From the NCBI RefSeq assembly GCF_001194135.2, contig NC_068983.1, positions 14,807,495 to 14,871,494 on the forward strand: a DNA stretch of 64,000 bases, given 5' to 3'. Positions 14,068 to 26,133 of this stretch are shown here, in pieces. Positions within the stretch are counted from its first letter, which is position 1, and the number at the start of each line of letters is the position of its first letter. The notes beneath the pieces were generated by a model. It searched no databases, was not told the origin of the DNA, and saw only the letters and a program-made list of their open reading frames with translations. The translations under genes were made by a program, and so were the position numbers. This stretch comes from Octopus bimaculoides. Taxonomy: Eukaryota.

Positions 14068-14225
14068 TTATTCTATCTTCTTTTACTTGTCTCGGCTGTA
14101 GGACTGCGGCCATGCTAGTGCGCTACCTACAAGGGTATAACTAAATCAATTGATCCCTCGGCACATATCTTTTCAATTCTAGTACTTATCCGATTTGTTG
14201 TCTATTGTTATACGGAGACATAAAC
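14068..14225 (-). mobile_element. SINE-B 3' half, decayed
   Basis: GACTGCGGCCATGCT and CTAGTACTTAT motifs. Confidence 0.65.
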
Positions 14226-14231
14226 AATTAT

Positions 14232-14642
14232 TCTTTTCTATTCTAGGTACAAATCTCGAAATTTCTGAGTAGGGGGCCAATCGATTACATTGACTCCAGT
14301 ACGTAACTGGTACTTAATTTATTGACATCCGAAAAGATGAAAGGCAAAGTTGCCCTCGGCGGAATTTGAATTCAGAATGTAGAGACACACGAAATACCGC
14401 TGAGCATTTCGCCCGGCGTACTAATTTAGCAAGGAGCTAAACAAAGCGGGGACAAACAAGGACAGACAAAGGGATTAAGTGGATTACATCGACCCCAGTG
14501 CGCAACTGGTACTTAATTCATTGACCTCGAAAGGATGAAACGCAAAGTTGACCTCGGCGGAATTTGAACTCAGAACGTAGCGGCAGACGAAATACCGCTC
14601 AGCATTTTGCCCGGTGTGCTAACGATTCTGCCAGCTCACCGC
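14232..14642 (-). mobile_element. SINE family A, dimeric copy
   Basis: Two head+core units in tandem with different tails; same layout as 33318-33725. Confidence 0.85.
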
Positions 14643-14735
14643 CTTGAGACAAACAAATTATTACTGAGAAATAAACAAGCCAGTACCAGCTCGCAAGCGG
14701 TGGTGGTGGGGTACACAACTGCATACACGCGCGCG

Positions 14736-14781
<46 letters not shown>

Positions 14782-14869
14782 CACACACACACACTCATAC
14801 ACTCACACACGGCTTCCAGATGCACACTCACAAGGCTTTCACATACACACACACACACACACACACATA

Positions 14870-15030
14870 CGCGCGGCTTCCACTGTTTTTGTCCACCAAA
14901 CTCATTCACAAGGCCCCGTGTCGACTGAAGACAATAACACAAGACTCTTGCGTAAGATGTGACGCAATGGAAGTGAACTCGAAACCAAGTGGTTGCAAAG
15001 CGAGATTCTTAACTACATCACCATTCTTGC
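14870..15030 (-). mobile_element. SINE-B 5' half, decayed
   Basis: CCACCAAACTCATTCACAAGG...GAACTCGAAACCAAGTGGTTGCAAAGC resembles the reverse complement of the SINE-B head. Confidence 0.6.
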
Positions 15031-15453
15031 ACTCACTGTTAAAGATTTATTGATAAGACTTACTGATTTGTAGTACTAACACACTGGTAGAAAGCAGTAA
15101 TCCCACGCGTCTGTCTTACGTGGCATATCACAGGGTATGATGAATTTGCTATCATCCCAGACTTTGCTGAATCTTTGTGCTATCACGTTTCTGTCAGTAG
15201 ATCATGATAATGTTATTATTTACATTATACAAAACACCAACTCTGCCATATATTTATTTAAACTATTTTTGGGCACGGAACGGGTAGTTAGACGTAAGAA
15301 GAGTCATTGTTTTTCAAGAACTAAACAGCTTTCCTTGCATCTCGGGAGGGTTATTATGCCAATAATAAACACATACACTGGTTCCATTTCACTTCTTTCA
15401 AAATTATTATTATAACTAACTATTAATACTAAAAAACAAAAAATGGAATAGAA

Positions 15454-15500
<47 letters not shown>

Positions 15501-16337
15501 ATTAATGGTATAAAGATGCTCGCGTGATAGAAGAAACATCTGTTTCCAAACCAAATACAAAAACTCAACAGGTTATACAATTTCTGTTTCTGCTTCATTA
15601 TACATTATTGTCAAATTCTTTGAGGTATAATAAAAACTGAAATTCTATCCTCAGCTTTCAGTTTTGTGCTTTGATGCCAATGGTGAGATTATTCAGAATA
15701 TTATTCTTCATACATTTCTCATTTACTCAGTCTCATCAAATATTATCTGTAAAGGGGTTTATCTTGACTTCATTTGAACCACGTTATGTCATGCATATAT
15801 CTCTGCAATTACTTTACCGTCATCAGTAGAATATATCAAAAGTACATAGATGTAAATATATATACATACCCATACAAATACATGCCTATATATACTGTTA
15901 ATACATATATTCACTCATATATATATATATATAGAAGGCCAATCCGATTATTTATCTCAACCACGTGCCTATTTGATCAAGATACTTCCGCACTAAACAT
16001 CAGGATCAGAGTGAATAAATAAATATATATGCATGTAATAAAAACCATATAGATAAAATTTAATATAGATATATACTTATATAGAAATAATTATAATTAA
16101 TTATGCTAATGGAGTGTAATTGGTGTAATGGAAGTGGTTTTTAGAGTCATCTGACGTGTATCACTAGCATGTAGGTGCTGTTTTTCAGTACCCTTAATTA
16201 TAATTATATCTCTATAATTATATATCAAAATATTAATATATGTATGTAAATATACACACGTTCACACATACATATATATATATATACACACACACACACA
16301 TATATATATATATATGTATATATATATACACTCACAT

Positions 16338-16384
<47 letters not shown>

Positions 16385-16552
16385 NNNNNNNNNNNNNNNN
16401 NNNNNNNNNNNNNNNNNNNNNNNNNNNNNNNNNNNNNNNNNNNNNNNNNNNNNNNNNNNNNNNNNNNNNNNNNNNNNNNNNNNNNNNNNNNNNNNNNNNN
16501 NNNNNNNNNNNNNNNNNNNNNNNNNNNNNNNNNNNNNNNNNNNNNNNNNNNN

Positions 16553-16585
<33 letters not shown>

Positions 16586-16684
16586 ATTAGAAAATGGAGG
16601 ATAATATGCTGAACCCAACGATTGCAGACAGTGTATCCCGTTGAATTCATTAATTTAATTCATAGCTAAAGTGACAAAAAGCCT

Positions 16685-16920
16685 AAACCTTGCTCCCTGT
16701 GACTTTTTGGTTTTTCCCCAAGCTGAAGAATTTGAACGAGGCCGTGACAAGTGTCCTGGGCACTTCACTTTGGAGGACATCCATTAGGCCTTCACATGGT
16801 AGCTGGAGTGCTGCAACAAGTGCACTGAAGACAGAGGATCGTGCTCTGAAGGAGATTAGAGTTTCGGATTTCTTTGAAATTTGTAAATATCTTCCCGGAA
16901 AAAGTCTCGAATGCACCTTG
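16685..16920 (+). mobile_element. Mariner transposase 3' remnant with right TIR
   Basis: Across frames: LAPCDFWFFPKLK..EAVTSVLG..TLEDIH..LECCNKCTEDRGSCSEGD*; terminal AAAAAGTCTCGAATGCACCTTG then TA. Confidence 0.8.
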
Positions 16921-17280
16921 TATAATACAGCTGTTGAATTTTTTTTCAACTACTAGTGTAAATTGGTATCCATGAAAGGGAACCTTTCTATTACTAAGAA
17001 TGTATGGCACAAGGTATAACTAAAAGTCTGAAATCAAACATTCATGTTTAGGTCAAACCTACGAAAATATTTTGAATAGGCAACAAGGCTAACTGTTTTG
17101 AGGGGAGGTGATTAGTCGATACAATGAACCCTAGTACTTCACTGGTATTTTATTTTATAGGCACCGGAGTGACCAATGGCAAAGTTGACTGCAGCAAGTT
17201 TTGAACTATGAACGTAAAGGAAGGTAACGAAATAATGGCGTCAAATTTTGGTACAAGACCAGAAAGTTCGACGGAAGCGA

Positions 17281-17591
17281 TTAACCCATTACCTACCAGT
17301 GATCTCATATGAGATCACTTAAAAATGACAAATTTCGTAATTATCTGTCAATATTTACACATATCCAACCTTTTTGCTATATCTACTAGGTATATTTCTC
17401 TGATATTCAAATGATTTTTGCTAATTTTTCACCCAATATCTCGCTTTTTTCTATTTAAAATGTTATTTTGAAATGTTATTTTGAAATATTATTTTGATCA
17501 TTCCAGCGTGTATCTAAGGCTGTTTTATGCTAGAAATCAAAGTTTCGTAAAACAATTCCAGTTAATAGGATTATGGGAGGTGGTGGGTTAA
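17281..17591. mobile_element. Possible piggyBac-like MITE (TTAA-CCC ends)
   Basis: TTAACCCATTACCTACCA vs reverse complement TTAACCCACCACCTCCCA (15/18); the right end overlaps a decayed SINE-A tail, so the match may be chance. Confidence 0.3.
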
Positions 17592-17750
17592 GTTGATTTC
17601 ACCGACCTCAGTACTCGATTAGTACATATTTCATCGACTCCGAAAAGTTGAAAAGCAGAGTGGATCTCAGAGGAATTGGAACTCAGAAGCCGTAAATGAA
17701 CAATGCAAGATATTTCTTCCGACACTGTAATGATTCTGCCAGCCAGTTGG
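17575..17750 (-). mobile_element. SINE-A-like, decayed
   Basis: Degenerate core and GAACTCAGAA..GATTCTGCCAGC head. Confidence 0.6.
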
Positions 17751-19253
17751 TTGCCTCTAATGATTTCTTGTAATGTTTCTCCCCACCCCCCCACCTCATC
17801 CTTCCTGTTACTCTTTCCTCTATTTTAAAAAAAGTTTTAGTCTTATTGCAGAAAGAACGTTTTGTTGATATTTCGGAACTCTTTCAATTAGTTACCTTTA
17901 TTCTTCAATAGAATGCTTACTTTTTTTAAAATTTTTAGTCTTCTGTAGATATTTCATATCTTTCTAATTATAGAATCTTCCTATCTCTATGTATTCGTAG
18001 TAATTATAAAACTTTCTATCGGAATTTGAGCGTTGTACATATTCTAAAAGCAAACATTATTTTTTCTCATTTTCCTGTCTAGTCTCGTTAATTGACTAAG
18101 TCTCCAGTGGAAAATATAAGCATAACTTATTACTGAAACAGCTAAAGCACTGATAACAATTTAATTATTTATTAGCATCTAGCATTGTTTTAGGGATTAA
18201 TTCAATGTGTTTATTGTATTCCTTGCTAAACTTTTTCTGTCATTCATCCGCTAAACCCAATCTCTAGTTCACGAATATCTAAAAACTTGTAACTCTGTGA
18301 TTAGTATAACTCTTTTATCTCTTTTTCTTTATCTAGCATAATATTAATGTCCCAAATTAATTTTCCATCTTCAAGGTTACTTTGGCGTATTTTTCTAACC
18401 GAATTTTACAAACGTTTCTCTAGAGAATCCGAGTAATGTCTGTAACAGTATTTCCAGATGTTTCTAACATCGACAGCGTAGGATATAAGTTTATCCAGAT
18501 GAAAAAGAAGAGAAAATGGTTGATTATTATGGCATAGTACTTGCATCCCGAACCTCATATGCTAAAAGTGTTAAGACCAGTTAGAAACGAATGAGGAAGG
18601 GAATCCCTTTAGAGGCATTTACTTCTAACAGGGTTCTGAACTGTTTTAATAATTAACTCGATTGTTTAATGAGTTGAAAGAATTTGTAGCGGAGAAAGCG
18701 CTGTCAGTTGTAATGGAGAGATCAGGTACAACATCCAAGAAATAAAGTCATAGATAAGAAGGAACATTGTGTTTCTTATAACTTGGATTATAATTTTGCC
18801 AGTCGAACAACTTAATTCTGTTGCATGACAACGTCTGAGCTTTCATCCATACACATGCTTTCACGTCTGGTATACCTGGAGGTTGATCTCCATAATATTG
18901 ATTATCTATTCACAGTCATTTCTAGCTAGATACATTCCTAATCGTATAATGCCAACCATTACTAGTTCTAACCTCCCTGTTATTACACTCAAACTATATA
19001 ACGCACTTGTGCTTGAATCATCCTCACGAAGAAGGATTTGTCAAAAGTGTGCACGGTCATTATGTGACAATCACATTTGTTTTGTAATTACACATCATGT
19101 TGGACGACAGCCATTTCCTGTTTCTTTCGGTTGATGATTGATTATAAGTGAAAGTTTATAATGCGCGTATGCTTACATGTTTAAAAACATGCGCGCATGC
19201 GCCCGTATATGCGAATGCGGTCGCACACACATAGATAAATAGATAGATAGAAG

Positions 19254-19346
<93 letters not shown>

Positions 19347-19412
19347 TACACATAGATATACATATAGATACATATACATATAAACGTGTGTGTATGTGCA
19401 TGTGTATGAGCA

Positions 19413-19466
<54 letters not shown>

Positions 19467-20284
19467 GTATATATGTGTGTTTGTGTATGTCTATATAAAT
19501 ATTATATGCAAGTACATATGTGTACGTATATGACTCAGTGACGATTTTATTTAACCACAGGATCGTCATATGTCAGTATATTTATGGTTAAGAACATTCC
19601 AATGGTAATCAACCACATCTTGGTTTTTCAGCCATAGCATATATAGTATATATCTCACCGCTACGTGGTGGTTTCTCTTTATGATGGTAGGCTGTTATTT
19701 GGGGTAGATATTGCTGGTCATTTTAGTTGAAACTCAAGAAAGGAATCTCTCCCTTTTTCTTTGAAGTTTTTGATAGGTCAATTACTTTGAAAATTTGTTG
19801 TTTATATGACTAATGTAAAAATAAGCAATTTCCATGCAGATAACTGTATGCTGTATGTCCGTATATAAAATAAATATTTAAAAGAAGATTGTTATGCCTT
19901 TATCAAAAACGGCTCGGCCATTAAAAAATAAATTGAATCAGCTCAAATATAATATGAAAAGTTCTTTGTTGTAAACCTGATAGTAAATTACTCTATAATT
20001 TGCAGCATTATAAACTCTTTAGCATTGGAAGAAAAAAGATACTAAGAAACAGAGAAATTCAGGTAGAAACTTCCATACGAAATTGAATATGATCTCAAGT
20101 ATATCTAACGGCGACAGTTAGTAAAAAAAAATGTTGATATTTATAAGCAATCCCAACAATTTTCACTATGTTTGTTTGCCTTGAGAAAGACTAACGATCT
20201 AACATTTCCGGCACTGCAATTTGTGAAATAAAACGTTCAAACATCACGAAATATGTAGACAGAAATCTTAAGCTTGTTTTACAG

Positions 20285-20320
20285 TATCCTCGAGAAAAAG
20301 GAAACGATTCTACCCAGCAG
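20285..20320 (+). other. Candidate 36-nt exon (unconfirmed)
   Basis: cttgttttacag|TATCCTCGAG...CCCAGCAG|gtaatg; all three frames open; no protein recognised. Confidence 0.3.
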
Positions 20321-20498
20321 GTAATGACAGAAATTCTGAATAGCAACTACACTGAGTTAAATTCCTTACCTTGAAAGGAATAAACATGCGCATACATATA
20401 TTAAGCGCGCACACACACACACATGCAGGCACACACATATGCACATACACGTGTAATGTTTGAGTGTAGATTTGTATCGATTTCCAGTTAAGGAATGC

Positions 20499-20534
<36 letters not shown>

Positions 20535-20621
20535 NNNNNNNNNNNNNNNNNNNNNNNNNNNNNNNNNNNNNNNNNNNNNNNNNNNNNNNNNNNNNNNNNN
20601 NNNNNNNNNNNNNNNNNNNNN

Positions 20622-20702
20622 AACCGTTACTCTGAGTTTCACGTTCCCGTTCATCAACAAAACTGTCCGATGAACGGGAACGTGAAACTCAGAGTAACGG
20701 TT
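20622..20702. repeat. Perfect 34-bp inverted repeat, 13-nt spacer
   Basis: 20622-20655 is the exact reverse complement of 20669-20702; abuts an N-gap. Confidence 0.95.
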
Positions 20703-20704
20703 TT
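20659..20704 (+). ncRNA. Type I hammerhead-ribozyme-like motif
   Basis: AAAACUGU-CCGAUGA-ACG(GGAA)CGU-GAA-ACUC(A)GAGU-A/ACGGUUUU: 8-bp stem I, GNRA-capped stem II, palindromic stem III, GUA triplet; U4C and A10.1-U11.1 deviate from the usual core. Confidence 0.7.
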
Positions 20705-20808
20705 TTTGTTATATTTCTGCTGCTTTTAAATAAAGCATATTACTCTACCTCTGGTATTTGAGTACTCTTTTTTCCACCTTGTTGCACATTTCATGTGCTT
20801 ACTCCGGT
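20659..20808 (+). mobile_element. Short Penelope-like non-autonomous unit (hammerhead + T-rich tail with AATAAA)
   Basis: Hammerhead followed by ~105 nt with AATAAA at 20729-34, ending at a (TA)n run; the Penelope link is inferred from the minimal hammerhead type. Confidence 0.5.
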
Positions 20809-21659
20809 ATATATATATATATATACATACATGCAAGCACCCACACGCCAACACACACACACACAAACACACAGATATATATATATATTTATATATATAC
20901 GCACGCACACACACACACACACAGAAAGATAGAAAATAGATAGATAGATAGATAAATAGAAAGAAAGATAGATAGGTAGATAAAAAGTTAGATAGATAGC
21001 CAGATAAACAAAAAGAAAGAAACAAAGAAATATAGATAGATAAATAGATAAAAAGATAGATAGATAGATAATACAAACAGACAAATGGGTTGATCTGATG
21101 CTGCTACAATTGTTTCTTTGAGAGTTCTTTTTCTGATCAAAGCATAGTACTCTCAGGTGTGTAGTATGCAAACATCCATAAAATTATGCAATAAGTTATA
21201 CAACTCTCCACTCAACAAGCTTACCAAGGAATCAACAGATAAACCAACAGATGATCTCGCTGCTATTTATGCTGTTTCGAATGATACTGCAGATAAGTCC
21301 TTTTGCTTGTACTGATATAATAGTTACTGGACACACCTTAATTAACAATGGGGATCGTAAATTCCTGGGGAGCTATTGTTTTTGAGAATCATTGTTGATT
21401 GGTCGTTTAACCGTTTCCTACATTTTTTGTTTGCTTATTATTTAATACATTGCAACTTCTGAACAATAGCGCCGTACATTATAAGTTGTCAATGATTAAT
21501 GATTGACTCACTATATTTCCGACTCGAATTAATATCTTCCTCTTGCTAAGACATTTGACACTAATCACCTGCAATGCTGGTTTTCATTTCATTGCAATAG
21601 AGCAGGGCAAAGATTAAGAACAGGAGGAAAATTTCAGATGCTCCTCCGCTCCATACGTT

Positions 21660-21845
21660 ATCTTTTATCGTTTATTTGTCTTAATCATTGAACTACTGAT
21701 ATTCTGGAATAAATCGATCCACGGTATTTATTTTTTAATGTCTGGTGGATATTTCATCAGCCTTTTTGCCGAACCGCTAATTTACGGGAAGATAAACATA
21801 TAAACAACGGTTCGAAAGCGGTGGTGGGACAAACACAAGCACACA
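21660..21845 (-). mobile_element. SINE-B 3' half, decayed
   Basis: GCCGAACCGCTAATTTACGGG and GCGGTGGTGGGACAAACAC motifs. Confidence 0.6.
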
Positions 21846-22090
21846 TATAATTATTTCTCACAGAAGCATAAGGTCTGTAATGTGGTGGAAAGAGTTACAC
21901 GATTCCTTCGATCCCACTTCTTCATTAGTGCTGTATTTTAAAGATGAAGAGACAGTTAACATCGACAAGATTTTAACTCATTGCTTGAGAGCCTAATCGA
22001 TTACTGCATGTATCAGATGATCTAATGACACTCCCTGATCAAGAGCTACAGTTTGTAATGTTACACAATAGTTTATAGCAAGTCAGAATT

Positions 22091-22401
22091 TAAAAAAAAA
22101 TTTATGCGCCCTTTCAAAGCCTAGCCAGGCTCATGGGCCCGGTTTCCCGGTTTCTATGGCGTATGTGTACCAGCTGGACGGGACGCCAGTCCATCGCAGC
22201 GTTACTCAATAAACAGGAAGAAAGAGTGGGAGAAAGTTGGGGTGAAAGAGTACAAGAGGGGTCGCTACCACCCCCTGCCGGATCCACGTGGAGCTTAGGT
22301 GTTTTGGCTCAATAAACATTCACAACGCCCGGTCTAGTAATTGAATCCGTAATCCTCCGACCGCAAGTCCGCTGCCTTAACCACTGGGCCATTGCGCCTC
22401 C
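22091..22401 (-). mobile_element. Chimeric SINE: family C head/body + family D 3' end
   Basis: 22209-22401 matches SINE-C (27947, 44787); 22091-22208 matches the SINE-D tail (34565); perfect 13-bp TSD GCAAGTCAGAATT at 22078-90 and 22402-14. Confidence 0.9.
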
Positions 22402-22763
22402 GCAAGTCAGAATTACAGTTGTTTATAATGACATGGACATAGCATGTTTAAAATGTTCAAATTATTTTGCTTTATGAGCACAACGTCATTGGTTCAATTC
22501 CACTGCTCGGCATTCTGAGAAAATGTCTTGTACGGTAGTCTCGGTTTGTTTCATGTTTTATAAGTGTAATTAAGTAGAGAGAAACTGTATAGAAGCTTAT
22601 TGAATGGATTTTACCTACGATTCAAATTTCCTAACTTTTTCCAAGATGTTTTACGCTGATTTTCCTTGAGAATTTCCTTAAAAGTTAAAAGAAGTCTGTG
22701 GAATACTCTGCCACTTATATGAAACGGAAATAAGTGGGGAGTTCATATAACTGAACAAATGAA

Positions 22764-23990
22764 TACTCATTGTAGAAACCGTAGGAGATCCATATGACGG
22801 GATAAGAGGATCTGATATGGCATACCACATTTGATTCCTTCCGTCCAGATATTCAATGGCAAGAATGGAATCATTTGAGGGTTTCGCTAGAATTTGCGGT
22901 GACAGCTAAGATAAACACTAGAAATGCGAATAAAATTCGTCCTCGTGACCCAGCACCGCCATCACTGTCATCATCATTACAAGTCACATCAAACATCGCC
23001 ATCACCAATAAAACCACCACCACCACCACCACCACCACCAGCAAAACCACCACCACCACCACCACCACCACTACCACNNNNNNNNNNNNNNNNNNNNNNN
23101 NNNNNNNNNNNNNNNNNNNNNNNNNNNNNNNNNNNNNNNNNNNNNNNNNNNNNNNNNNNNNNNNNNNNNNNNNNNNNNNNNNNNNNNNNNNNNNNNNNNN
23201 NNNNNNNNNNNNNNNNNNNNNNNNNNNNNNNNNNNNNNNNNNNNNNNNNNNNNNNNNNNNNNNNNNNNNNNNNNNNNNNNNNNNNNNNNNNNNNNNNNNN
23301 NNNNNNNNNNNNNNNNNNNNNNNNNNNNNNNNNNNNNNNNNNNNNNNNNNNNNNNNNNNNNNNNNNNNNNNNNNNNNNNNNNNNNNNNNNNNNNNNNNNN
23401 NNNNNNNNNNNNNNNNNNNNNNNNNNNNNNNNNNNNNNNNNNNNNNNNNNNNNNNNNNNNNNNNNNNNNNNNNNNNNNNNNNNNNNNNNNNNNNNNNNNN
23501 NNNNNNNNNNNNNNNNNNNNNNNNNNNNNNNNNNNNNNNNNNNNNNNNNNNNNNNNNNNNNNNNNNNNNNNNNNNNNNNNNNNNNNNNNNNNNNNNNNNN
23601 NNNNNNNNNNNNNNNNNNNNNNNNNNNNNNNNNNNNNNNNNNNNNNNNNNNNNNNNNNNNNNNNNNNNNNNNNNNNNNNNNNNNNNNNNNNNNNNNTACT
23701 CATTGTAGAAACCGTAGGAGATCCATATGACGGGATAAGAGGATCTGATATGGCATACCACATTTGATTCCTTCCGTCCAGATATTCAATGGCAAGAATG
23801 GAATCATTTGAGGGTTTCGCTAGAATTTGCGGTGACAGCTAAGATAAACACTAGAAATGCGAATAAAATTCGTCCTCGTGACCCAGCACCGCCATCACTG
23901 TCATCATCATTACAAGTCACATCAAACATCGCCATCACCAATAAAACCACCACCACCACCACCACCACCACCTCCACCACCACAAACACC
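22764..23990. other. ~290-bp identical duplication on both sides of an N-gap (probable assembly overlap)
   Basis: Sequence from 22764 is repeated from 23697 and runs into the same (ACC)n repeat. Confidence 0.85.
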
Positions 23991-24722
23991 ACCATTCGTA
24001 TGAGGCTTTATACACAACAAGATATATATAGGAAATCAATTATCTGTGATGTGATTATCATAATGCTCAACACCACTGCAACTACTCCTCCTCCTCCTAC
24101 TGTTATTCAAACGACCACAGATCATTATGGGAACCATTAACTAAATAGCGTACAAATACTAGAGAATCTTTGTTACATCATCAAGAGATGCTGCTAACCC
24201 ATTACACGATGGACAGTTTACAGAATTAGTTAATGCAAAGAATCTACGAATAACAGATGTCGCTTAATTCGAAATACGAACCAATGACCTGGACGGATGG
24301 GAGCGGAATTACGTTGAAGTCAGCTGAAGTACTCTAGGGAAATGGAGACGTAATTTCCATCTGGTAATTGAGAATGACTAGTGGTAGAAAAATTTGCATA
24401 AACACTATATATATATGTCACATGGATGTTGAGCTTCAGCAAATATTTGATTGTTTGCAAGTTATATAACGGTTACATATAGATTTAACTGACGTCTACG
24501 AGTTCCTTGCAAAAATTAGATCTTTAAATTATCGGCGCATCATATATTCTTACCGAGAATGTTCATAGTTGCATTGTGGACGAACTATCTATGCAATGTT
24601 ATACGTTACTGAAAATGTGTGTCTTTATGTGTTCATGTCTGTAGGTGTATGCTTGTGTATGAGTTAGTGTTAGTCTCTCCCTCTCTCTTTATCTCTCTTT
24701 CTCTCTCTCTCTCTCTCTTTCG

Positions 24723-24753
<31 letters not shown>

Positions 24754-26133
24754 TATATATATNNNNNNNNNNNNNNNNNNNNNNNNNNNNNNNNNNNNNN
24801 NNNNNNNNNNNNNNNNNNNNNNNNNNNNNNNNNNNNNNNNNNNNNNNNNNNNNNNNNNNNNNNNNNNNNNNNNNNNNNNNNNNNNNNNNNNNNNNNNNNN
24901 NNNNNNNNNNNNNNNNNNNNNNNNNNNNNNNNNNNNNNNNNNNNNNNNNNNNNNNNNNNNNNNNNNNNNNNNNNNNNNNNNNNNNNNNNNNNNNNNNNNN
25001 NNNNNNNNNNNNNNNNNNNNNNNNNNNNNNNNNNNNNNNNNNNNNNNNNNNNNNNNNNNNNNNNNNNNNNNNNNNNNNNNNNNNNNNNNNNNNNNNNNNN
25101 NNNNNNNNNNNNNNNNNNNNNNNNNNNNNNNNNNNNNNNNNNNNNNNNNNNNNNNNNNNNNNNNNNNNNNNNNNNNNNNNNNNNNNNNNNNNNNNNNNNN
25201 NNNNNNNNNNNNNNNNNNNNNNNNNNNNNNNNNNNNNNNNNNNNNNNNNNNNNNNNNNNNNNNNNNNNNNNNNNNNNNNNNNNNNNNNNNNNNNNNNNNN
25301 NNNNNNNNNNNNNNNNNNNNNNNNNNNNNNNNNNNNNNATATATATACGTACATATGCAACTATAAGCACACAAACAGATACATGTGTGTGTACACATCT
25401 ATGCCTGTTTATTTGTATGCATAAACACATATACACACAAATACAGACATCATAGATTATATTGAAGTTTCTGATACATTGCTGAAATATCTTGCTTTAA
25501 TTAAGGTTGTGCTGCCGGAAATACTTCAACCTTCCTTTTCACAATAGTTATTTAATGTAGCTACCCAGACTTTACAAATGTATGCTATAGAAATATTTTA
25601 CAATATGGCGCAGTCATGGCAGTTTGGCTGAAAACATCGTTTCACAAACACATCGTCCAAGTTCGATAGAACAACATAGCAACTTTCTCACCAGCAGAAT
25701 GGAAACTGTGCACAGGCTCGTCTCATACATACATACATACATACATACATACATACATACATACGTAAGTATCAACTCGAAACAACCAGTCGCGTATTTG
25801 GTGTGGGAGACTATTTATCGAAAGTACGGTGAATACTATCTCCAACTTTGGAGCCACAACTTTGGAGCCTTGTTAAATAACTGATTAATCTTCAGATGAA
25901 TTAAGTGAAGGAGCTTTTTATACAAGATGTAGTGATTTTAGACTGAAACTTGAATTTACTATGCAGAGAGTTACTACAAACAACATGGCTGCACACAACA
26001 TCGGCAACAAGACAACCGAGGAACAGAAGGAAAACAATCGCTATAAGCATGTCTAGATATGCAACTATGTGCATGAGAATGCATACATAAATCAAAACAT
26101 ACAAATCTACACGTATACATACATACATACATA

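Noticed and set aside
22875-24140. Thr/Pro-rich mucin-like ORFs
   Set aside because: They derive from (ACC)n and from the duplicated block around a gap.
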